Positions 23,662-34,083 of a stretch of 64,000 bases of DNA are shown in pieces. Each line of letters begins with the position of its first letter. Positions within the stretch are counted from its first letter, which is position 1. Origin of the DNA: Pelomyxa schiedti. Lineage: Eukaryota > Protista > Evosea. The stretch covers positions 4,430-68,429 of the forward strand of contig JAHLWZ010000863.1 of NCBI GenBank assembly GCA_020536535.1, in the 5' to 3' direction. Made by a program: the position numbers and the translations under genes. The notes under the pieces were generated by a model. It had not been told where the DNA came from, searched no databases, and was given only the letters and a program-made list of their open reading frames with translations.

Positions 23662-26600
23662 TTAGGGGTGATGAAGAGATGACGGGTTGGCTACTGTTGA
23701 TGAACTATCCAGAGCAACGGCGAGCTTTCTGAAGCGAGAACCGTCGGCTTTTGAGTGTTTGAGGTATGAGCCAAGGCTCTTGGAATTTTGCCGTACCAGC
23801 TTCTTGGCGGAATCGGATGTCCTGGAATCTGTGTGCACACTAAGGGGAACTCTTGGCGTGCCCACACCGCTTCCAAGCGGTGGTGTTGGAGTCGTTGAGG
23901 TGGTAGTTGTTATGGTGGTGAGGGAAACTGCTGTTACGGGCTTATCGGAATCGTGCTTTGGGATGCTGCGGGTATTTGAGTTTTTGGAATTCGTGCTGCT
24001 GCGGGTTTGTGGTGGTGTGCTGGAATGTTTCGTGGGTGTATTGGTCCGGTTGGAGTGTCTGGACTCTGAGCGGGATGTGAGGATGTAGGATTGTTCAGCT
24101 TGAAGAAGGTCGGAGATAATCTGGATAATATCATCAAACTCAGGCCTTACGTCCTGTTGCTGAGCCCAGCATTGCTGCATAAGTTGTGAATACTTTATAG
24201 GGCAATCCCGAGGAACTTCTGGTCGTGCTCCAGTGGAAACAATATTGGGTATGTCCCAGACAACTGCTGATGACCAAGGTTCCTCACGAACCCACATTTG
24301 CCAAAGGCACATACCATAACTGTAAACATCCACCTGCCGAAAATCAGAATCCCTATTGTTCGAAATGATAATTACCTTAGTGTTATACATTTTGGTTGTG
24401 AAATACTCCGGGGCCTGCATGTGAATGAACTAAAAGAGGAGTGGAGGAGAAATAACAATGTTACCATATAAACTAACGTGCCTGCCCTATTAGTGTAAGT
24501 TCTGAGGTCATGAATATCATCCACATGTCTGGCCGTGCCAAAGTCTAGGAAACGTCAAAGAGATACACAAAGGGTGAGAATAACCTGCTAGTTTACAGTT
24601 GACTTCTGAGTCAAGCGAAGTAGAGACAACAAGTATATTGGAACATTTCTAATTTAGGCTAAAGTCATTCATTATGGCATAGTGAAAAGACCAACATACA
24701 ACATCTCTGTAGATGTAGTTATTTTGATGCAAATAGCTTAAGGCTTCCGCAGTGTTCAGGGCAAATTTCAGAAGAAGGGCAAAGGGGATAATCAATTTTG
24801 AAACGAGATAATCAGCTAAATTTCCATTGGGCATAAACTCCGTAACAATGCATAGATGCCCTTGAAATAATCACGAGAAGGGCCCACATTTAAGAAAAGG
24901 TACCTGTCACAAAGCTGGCACCCACAAATGAGACTATGTTTGGATGCCGTAGTGCTTTCATAACATCACATTCATTACAGAAGTCTTGGAATTCTTTACG
25001 TCGGATATCAGCTTGGGTTTTCAGCACTTTAACAGCAACTATCTGTGCCCTGTACAAGCCTTTGAAAACAGAACCAAATGCACCAGAGGCAATTGGAACT
25101 AAGAGTATTAATAACGATTCTAACCTACAGTTATTGTTACCTGGTTCAAGAGCAATATCTGCGGGATCAAGCCTGAAGGACATCTCCCCAGCCAAGTGGA
25201 TGCCAATTAATATAGATTTTTTTTCCTTCTGCTTCTCTCCCTCTAGAATATCTAATCTAAGAGGTACTTCATATTTGGTTGTGCACATCAGCCTTACATT
25301 GACTACAACCACCATAACAACTCCAGGGTCTATTACACCTCTACCAGGTTTTATGTCAAACTCTATGATATCCGTAATATCGGGAATCCTGAAAATGTAT
25401 TCCTTGCGTCGATTTGAGGTATTAGTCAGTTCTATTCCTTCTTGCTTCCATTCCTGAACTGGGATGGTTTTTCCTGCTGCACCAAAGTCGAGGAAACATT
25501 TGTTGATTTCAAGGTGGTTCTGCTTGAGCAAATGCAGGCTTTCTTCTTCGACGAATTTCAACTCAGTGAACTCAGAATAAGGACGCAAATCAGCTGGCGT
25601 ATTCAAGGCTTCCTCTTCTCTGCGCTGTTTCATTCTCACAAGGAATACTACGGAAATAACAGCAGAGATTGTAATGAGCATTGCCCCGACTATACTTAGC
25701 GCAATAATCAGTGCCTTCTTTCCTGCAGGCATTGGAAGACTACGTGTAGTATACTCAGCAACAAATCCTATCCCAGGGGTAATGTAGTCGGTAGATAGGA
25801 CGAGGATCAGCCTTTGTGCCTCCACAGTCAAGGCACTTGGCAACTCAAGGCCCGAAAGTGAAGTAACCAAGTGAACAGGATCAGTAGGAGGAAGAAGTGT
25901 AGAGTTGTAGTCTTCGGAAGTTGGTAAAGAGTAGATACTCAAACTATCACAAAGATCGAGTCCAAATAGAGAAAAAGAGAGGTCAATAGCGTCAAACTTC
26001 CCTGAAGGAGAAATGACCCAATAACATTTCAGAGAGTCTATGTAAGAACGCATATTACTCTGGCCAGGGGCTGTTTGATCGGAGGTCACAACTCCACTAC
26101 TTTGAAAAACTTCCGCGTAGGGACTGCAGCCACGTGAACAGTCGTACCAGAAACGCCCAGTTACACAAGTGCAAGTATTTGTGGATGGGTCACACGTTCC
26201 CCAGCCAAGGTCGGAGTTGCAGTAGTTTGTGCTATTAAGTAAACCACATTTGATATTTTCATATCCACAGTCACTCCAATCTTATTATCGAATGAACAAG
26301 TAGCGATTCGAGCGTCATATGTACCTTTGATTTCAATTTGAGTAGAGTATAACGTGTATGTTCCTACATCATCTTTGTAATGAAAATATGAACAATACTA
26401 AATAAGGAGAAAAGACATGCCTGAAAAGAGTTCGAATCGGTAGGTGGTGCCAGGATAGAGCACATCCGGAAGAGTTACATTGACACCAGTATTGTTCATT
26501 CCAAACCCGGGATCTGTCTCGAGTGGCAAATAAGTAGACCAGTTTACGAGGTAGCGCCAATCAAGCCCAAGGTAGGGGTCGATAACGTAGAGGCTAAACC

Positions 26601-27666
26601 ACATGGAATTGATTGCTAGAACACCCTGGATATATGCCCTGCATGACTCGGTTAGTTTTCTTTGAAAGAATATCCAAGCCCACAGAAAAGAAAAAAAAGT
26701 GAGTCAGGGAGGCCTGTTACACGGTATGTAGTAAGTCAGCTCAATTGATTCATCTGGACACAGGGAATCCCTTGTTTCCACCTGCACAGCACAGTAGGGC
26801 CCTACCCACAAACCATTGCAATTGCACTCCCCGAGCAAGTAATCACACACTCCGTGTTCCGGGCAGTATTCATCGCACCCAGGAGCCGCGCAGTCCCATC
26901 GAATCGTAGACAGGAACGGTGAGATTGCTCCATCCGGAATTTCAACTCCGGATAGAACTTCGGTGGCAGAGAGGAACACAAACAAGTCCACAAACGCCGT
27001 GAATGTGTAGGAGCAGTTCAGTACCATCAAGAAGCTATTTGGGTGAGTCGAGATTGTGCCACTGTCATCCAGGCCAAAATCGAGCTCAGTGCCCGTCAGT
27101 GATTTCGCCGAAGTCGAAGTCGAGCTGGAAGTGCCAGAAATCCCCAGCGAATGCGTCACACTGTAATGTACGATGTCAATGCCGGGCTCCTCTGATTCAA
27201 GAGACGACGAATTGGTGGAATTGAGGGAAGCTGCCACAGCGGGGTCTAGGGAGTACCACCAAGTGACGTTGAGGTCCTGGACCCCGCGGGGCACGAACGG
27301 CGTCGAGCCATATGAGCTGGTGAAGCCGGGCTCGAACATGGGCTGCACTGCGCCGCAAATCACAACGTCTGCGTTTGTAACCTCAACAATTCAATTGAAG
27401 CGAGTGAGTTGTGGGTTCATGAAGGGGAAAAAAGTTGGAACGGATGGGAGGAGGAAATATACCTGGGCATTCTCAGTTGTGTAGGACGCCACGATGTTGA
27501 GACCGGTGCACGGTTCTTCTGCTCTTTGCTGTTGGTGATGTTGTTGATGGTGGTTGTGTGGGTCTGGGCTCCCACAATGAACAAGCAGTGGAAGTAGAAC
27601 AACTGAGAGAAGTGCTAGGAGTGCGTGGGTACGAGGGCGACAACGAACAACGGTCTCCTGTTCCAT
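23662..27666 (-). CDS. Receptor-type TKL kinase: signal peptide, EGF/tenascin-like repeats, CUB-like domain, TM, MSP/Ig-like juxtamembrane domain, kinase
   Basis: LLALLSVVLLPLLVHC signal; CPEHGVCDYLLGECNC..WVGPYC; CYWVIS..SF..FGL..CDSL.IY..GF.AEY (CUB); TM LIIALSIVGAMLITISAVISVVFLV; GAFGSV, VAVK, YRDV, DFG, APE, DVYSYG. Confidence 0.9.
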
Positions 27667-27834
27667 GGTTCGTTTTCTCAAATTTGTAGCAGTTTCCGAG
27701 TCCGAAAACGTGCGCAAGTTCCTGGTCACGTAAAACGAAAACACCGTTCCTGTTCCGATAATGGATAACGTTTGATTAATCAATCCATGCGCGTGGTTGT
27801 GATTTACAAAACGGTTCGCCCGGGTTCAGGGTTC

Positions 27835-29815
27835 TCAGAATGCGTGGGCGTCATCGTCCTCAGCTCCCGCCGCTGGATCCATAGAGGTGTTGTAGTCTGC
27901 CCCAACGGGATACTCGTCCTGCGGGTACCCCACCCCGCCGCCATCATCATCATATCCTTCATCATCACCGGCTCCTTCATCTTCCTCGTTTCCATCTCCA
28001 TCTGCTTCGTCGGCGTCGTTTGCTGCGTCGGCTTCTAGGGTGTCATTCCTGCCGCCGTTGCTGGGTGCTTCGCCGCCTTCATACACCAGCTTCATTTCAC
28101 TTTCAGATGATTCAGGCGAGATGTCATCGGCATCTGCGCAGTGAATTTTTTTTGTTTGGGTTGCAGGGGATTCGCAAATAGTGAAGGGTCAATACCTTGG
28201 GGTTTTATGGGCATTGTGTCGTTAGGGTGCCTGTGCTGTTGTTGCCTAATTCGTCTTCTCAGCTGAGTGTTCATCACGTTGCTGTTGAGCTCCAGAAATT
28301 CCTCATCCACGGCACGAAGCTCTTCGTTTGACAACTCGCCGCCGCTGTCGGTAGTCTCGGCGGCCGTGCTGAATCGTTCTGTGTCGTCGCCGTCGTCGTC
28401 TCCGCCTTCACCGGCTTCCACTCTTCCACCTTCTCTGAGGGTAGCTTTTTGAATTCGTTCTTCTTTGTTCTGTTGGAATAAGTGGGTAAAGCTGGCTATA
28501 TCGGGTGCGACGATATTATGGCTTTTTTGGGGATTCTTTTATTGGTAAAGAAACTGATAAACATACCCGCAACTTCTTGAATCTGCGTTTTTGAGTCTAT
28601 TTTTTGATGTTAGAAGTCTCGGTAGTGAATGGCAGTTTCACCTCATTCTTTGACAGCTCTGCCTTGTTTCTCATTTCCAGCTGAAATTCCAAGTAATCCA
28701 AGTTACGGAATCTTACGATATAGTCACTGTATTTCTGCTGCAATTGGTGTTGCAGTGCTTCATACTCATCCATGAAAGCGGGTCTTTTTATCGTCTCAGT
28801 CAAACAATTTGCAGAAGTTTGTTTTTCTACTTGGTGACTTGGTGGTTCTTTAGCTTCATTCTAGCATCTTCCAGGGTGCGTTTCTTCAATTCAAGCTTTG
28901 TTTTCAGGTTTTCCTCATCTCCTAACACATTTTCCAATTTGCTCCTCAGAGTTTCGATTTCCTCCTGCAGTGCTCTAATTGACTGTTATATCATACTGCA
29001 AAGGTGGTGTGATTGGCACCTTGTTTTTAGTGAAACGATTTTCCTAATTTGGTCCATGTCTTGAGTACATGCAGACACTCGTCTGTCAGCATCATCCAAT
29101 GCTGTATCGAGCAGTGTAAATACACTTCCACCAGTGTCAACAAGTGAGTTGGACAGTTCTTTTGTTTCCTGCTTCTGTTGAGAGTTGCTAAGAATGTCAA
29201 CACTAAAGTACTCGGAGGTCTTGGATCCAGGTTGTGCTGAGTCTGGTCTCCTCCGGGAGTGCATTTGTCTGTGTTGTTGAAGACTGCCGCAAAAGTGTTG
29301 CCATTTTTAACAACTCACGAACACATAAAGAGTCAGAATGGTACAATCGTTTTGGATTGAGGGTGATTTGTGCTTTGTTGTACTGTTATTTGGTTTTTTT
29401 AAAAAAAGTGAGGAAAAGAAATACAATTGAGAAACGACATTACCATTTCAGATACAATTACTTTGACAAAATTTACACGCTCTTCCTCGTTCGAGCACTC
29501 AGTAGGTAGTGTTATGTTGGGGTCATACCTGTCAAAGGAAAAGGAAAAAGAAAAAGAAATGTATTAGATAGACGTCACAGTGCACGAATCAGAAGGAAAG
29601 GGAAAGAACAAAGAAAAGAAACCTCTGAGCTAGCCACGTGGCCAACGTCCTCATGTGCTCAAACGAGGGTGTCCTGAATCCTTCAACAGACACAACCTTG
29701 GGGTACCCCAGTCCCCTCAGTATTTCAGAAAAGCCTACGTACGCTCTGTAATTATTTCCCACAAGAAACGAAGGGACCCAAGTTTAAACCCACTTCTCAG
29801 CTCTTTGAAGGACAT
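27835..29815 (-). CDS. CLUAP1: Clusterin-associated protein 1 / IFT38 (IFT-B subunit), multi-exon
   Basis: Reconstructed exons MSFKELR, FSEILRGLGYPKVVSVEGFRTPSF, RYDPNITLP..EEERVNFVK, KAQITLNPKRLYHSD..VRELLK, RPAFMDEYE..Y..RFRNLDYLE, then an acidic tail. Confidence 0.93.
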
Positions 29816-29873
29816 CGACACGAGCCACCACCAACAAAACTCGACCACTAGTTGAAAATAATGGCTGCCGATT

Positions 29874-30950
29874 ATGCAGCGAAATCAGAGACCAAAAAAG
29901 GGCCTGGGGGAAACAACAACGAAGGACCGAGGGCGAGGATGGGACATTGAGGCCCGGCGGGAGGGGTCGCGCACCCAGCACATTTCGGTGACAGTCTTGG
30001 CCCGTAATGGTGTGCCTGTGTTCACCTCCTTTAATGCATGCCCGAATCCAAATATCCCAGGCTGTTCCAGAATGCCAATTCCAAGAGTATCACTGACTCG
30101 GGGGTATCCATTACCATCCACATATGAGGAATAGGGCTGACGCCAAAAAATCACGAAATTTGGATGTGAGCCAAAAGCGTGGGGCAGGCAGGCAATATTT
30201 ACATCATCTCTTGACCTTCAGGGCCTCGAGCAAAGGTATCCCTTACACAATATAGTTTGAAATTTGTATTTTAAGAGAAAGGAAAAGCCAAAGATTGCGG
30301 GTTTCAGACGAGCTGACTCTTCTGTGGAACGGTACCTGCTGAAGAAGGGTCTCTCCAATATCGAGGTCTATGCACCAGAGGTATTGGCTGGTTCTGGCAT
30401 TTGCACTACAAAAGCAGATGTCTGGAGTTTTGGTACTCTCCTATCCATCTTTCCCCCAAGCAATTCGTGGACCCAATCACATCCCCTTTCTCACATCTCG
30501 AAATCAACACGAAATACACCAAGGACAAAATCGGGGGAGGCAGAATACTCAACAGAGCTGCCATTTCTGCCGCGCTCATCAGAGGTGATGTAGGTCCCTC
30601 CTTCGCGGACCAACAATATCCACCGCCCCCTCTGCCATTCTCTTCTTCACCACTTCCAAAAATAACAACAATTCCAACAACGTCACCACCGGCCAAAGAA
30701 AAGCTAACATCGCCGACAGCACCAGCTTCAGTATCAACAACAGTACCAGAATCCACGACGACAGCAGAGGATACAACACTAAAATCAACAACGCCAACCC
30801 CGGCAGTGGCACCAACAGCCCCAACACCAGCAAATCCCACAATCCCGCGGTGGGCAAGGCATCTCGTGGACCTGTGACCAAAGCCAACGACAGGCCCTCC
30901 ATGCCCAAATTGCTGGGCTTATGGGACTATGTGCCCTAACTTGGGCACCT
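29874..30950 (+). CDS. Kinase C-lobe-like fragment (pseudokinase) plus P/T-rich linker; may be the 5' part of the downstream Rossmann-RING gene
   Basis: KPKIAGF..YAPEVL..TTKADVWSFG at ~30283-30433 (subdomains VII-IX, AGF instead of DFG); no recognisable N-lobe or HRD. Exon structure uncertain. Confidence 0.45.
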
Positions 30951-31032
30951 CTTCTCTTGTTTGTCAGATCTTCAAAATTGCTGTTCCACCCAATCCTTGT
31001 TCTTGAAAAAAAAAGGGAGGAAGAGATTGTAG

Positions 31033-33918
31033 ATGCTGAACACTGTGGTAGTGACCAACGACAGAGCGGAGGGAGTGCAGTTGGCCGTAGATTTTTCGCG
31101 ATATGGCGTGCACGTTACCATGTGGCTCGACTCTCAAGGTTTCATCCCCAAACTGCACCTCATAAAAATACAAAAACACAGTGAAATGTGCAGTCAAACA
31201 ACCCCCCGCAGAAACAAACATTTACAAAACAAACAAACAAACAAACAAAAAAAAAAACACTTAGATCCTGGATTTATGGCAATGGTGACAATTGAACTGG
31301 CAAAGTACCCTGCACAGCAGCACTCTGTGCCAATTGATTTTGTTGGAAGACCCATACCTGTAACTGTGCCGGTGCCACAATGGAACGGTCTCTCCGTAAT
31401 TGTGGCAATCAGTGACAATATTAAGGTACTTCAGGGAATAAACAAATTGGGGGCAAAAGTAGCTTATCCTGGTGTAGAACCTAATTTCTGAAGTCCTTAC
31501 CCATACACTCTTGTTTGCGGTTGTGTGCACCACTGCGTCATCCATTTTGGACCTTGTCCCTCCCGTTTCCGAGTTGTCAGCTCGCGCCATTGGACTTAAT
31601 GTGAGTTTGACCCCTCCTTTTATGATTCCTGCAGTGTCATAATTTATTTCACAGCGTGCCTCTGATCACATGAACATTGCTCCATCAAAATTCAGTTCAG
31701 AAGAATGTGTGAATTCTTGTTTCAAACTCCTTGTTAAACTGAAGAAGCCTGTTCTTGTGTCTGGAATCCTACCCCAAAGACAACTTTCTCAAACGACAAC
31801 TCAAAGTCGGCAATCCGATGAGGAAAACCAACTCTTGAATCCACTTAACCCAGTCTCAACCTCAGCTCGGTACGATCAGCAGGCATATGACCTTTTGCAT
31901 CCAACAAAATACTCATCACCAACAACACTCTCTCTGACGTCTCAACTGTATCGGCAACAAGTTCAAACTAGCCAGCTTTTGAACCCAGTTACAGCATATG
32001 GTTCTTTGGTTTCAAGTTCACTCCCTGAAAAAATTTCTGGTCGCGAAGCAACAGCAGCCAAGTGCTCAGCACTAGGCTTACAACTGGTTATACTCGGTGC
32101 AGGGCAGGTTTTTTCCTTACCTGTTATTGTAACAACCATTCCAACCAGACCTCAATTTCCTAGGTTGGTTGTTTGATAGCCGGTGAACTGGCACTGCTAG
32201 GGTGCAACATCACTGTAGTTGACAATTCTAGCTCTCAGGCACAGGTCGTTCAAGGGATTGCTCAGAGAATATGCTCGCTCCCCGGTATACCTGAAGCGAG
32301 TGCCAGGGCCGCAGTACACCGAATTCAGGCGATCCAAAAGGATCCGCCTGCTAGTCGTTACTATATTGTTGCAACAAGAAGTCATCAAATCAAAGTACGT
32401 TTTATCCTTCCAATGCTTTTAAAAATTTATTATTAGTTATGTATTTAGCCTTGAGATGTAACTCTTCCTCAGACCTATCTACATATAGATTCTTCTTCTT
32501 GTGTTTTGATATGCCTTGACAGATATGATAGTGAGTCATTCAATCAAATTGACTTACTTGCTACCAATTATCTGCCCATGGCCCCACAAATCGTTGGTTT
32601 ACATGTAAGTCCCGAAGTCTTTTTTCCCCCCTCACCTCTCTAAGGTTGCGTCACCGATATTTATGTCTGATACTGTGCACCTTATCCCAAGCAATCGTAC
32701 AACCTCGAAGGCTCTATCAGTTGCTTCTTCATTTTTCTCCACACTGGGAAAAGTTGTTGAGACTCATGGTGAGAAATGAGGGAAGTTGATCTTCACTAAT
32801 AATGTTCCCCAAGATCGTGATGTATTACATATCAAGCCAACAGGTATCTAAATCCAGCAGAATTTAGTCTTAGTATTACACCAGGATTACCTTCAAGTTC
32901 TTCTGGTTCCACACTGAACGTGGGCGTTTTTGGAGCTGGCGTGGTATTCATAAACAACGTTCACCCCAGCTGTTCACCTTAAATATTCAGATTGGCAGCC
33001 AAATCGTTGGAGAATTGGCCAGGTGTGGCTGTGCATTGTCTGTGTATGGATATGGCCCAGGTTGCTTTTTTCTTCCCGTTACCTTGTTACTAACAAGCTC
33101 CAGTCCCTAAAGTGGAGCGAGCCATCCGAGAGAGCCTGAGTAGCTGTTTGCTTCCCTCGCAAGTACCAGAAGTCACGTCTCGTATTTCTGTTGTGGAATC
33201 CCCGGATTATGTTTTCCACGGCAAAATGATACTGTTTGTGTGCACACCCGACCCTGTGAAGGCATATTCCTTCTGCTGCACCATTGTAAATTGATTGCAG
33301 TCTAGGTTGTTGGGAATATTCTGCAGTCTTCAGATACCGTGACTCCTGTTGTTGTACTGATGCATGAGACCAGGGGTAAGTATCATAACGTCGATGCCCT
33401 GCCGCTGTCCCTTGGAGCAGCACAGAACAAAGGGAGGCTGTTGTCAGTAGAGGTATAATGTTATCGCTAATCAATGCCCGAAGTTAACAATCAATTGGCA
33501 GGTTGAATCCCCGGTTTTCAACTCGGCATCTGTCAAACTTGTGGCAGGCAAGAACACTAGCCAGACAGTCTTTGAAACAGCCGTGAGGTTCTTTAAATCA
33601 ATTGGGAAAACTGTCAACGAGGTGTCCGCACCAGTAACAAAGATCACACAATCGCTTCCCCCACCTGCAACTCTACCAACAACACCGCAACCTCTCGCAT
33701 CAACAACGAACCCACTAAGCCAAACAACCCCAATAAACCCAGTTAGCCCCACCCCAGCTGTAGCAGACCAGACTTGTGTTGTGTGCCTCAATGCCCCCCG
33801 CGCCTGTGCGTTCCTTCCCTGTGGCCACAGGTGCACCTGCATGGACTGCAGTTCCCTTCCCCAGTGCCCCATATGCAGAACCTCAGTCACCACTGTTGTT
33901 AAAATCTATGATGCCTAA
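31033..33918 (+). CDS. Protein with three 3-hydroxyacyl-CoA-dehydrogenase-N-like Rossmann domains and a C-terminal C3HC4 RING
   Basis: Repeat 2: VILGAGQ|VGCLIAGELALLGCNITVVD..GLH|VASP..TTSKALSVASSFFSTLGKVV. Repeat 3: VGVFGAGV|IGSQIVGELARCG..VAGKNTSQTVFETAVRFFKSIGKTV. Repeat 1 degenerate (31033-31760). RING CVVC..CGHRCTCMDC..CPICR at 33775-33880. Confidence 0.75.
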
Positions 33919-34083
33919 CCCCCAGCCAGTTCAGTCGTAACAAAACCACACATAACATGTAAGCTGTACCTCCCACTGCACATAGTCGAATAACAACAGA
34001 CAGCAATATTTCAATAAAAAAAAATCTTCAACCTCCTCCACAAAATAGTAAAGCAAGTTTTTCAACCACAAGTTCCATTGCAT

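Noticed and set aside
29304-29815. Apparent loss of the CLUAP1 N-terminal CH-like domain
   Set aside because: The domain is present in small exons that the ORF track missed.
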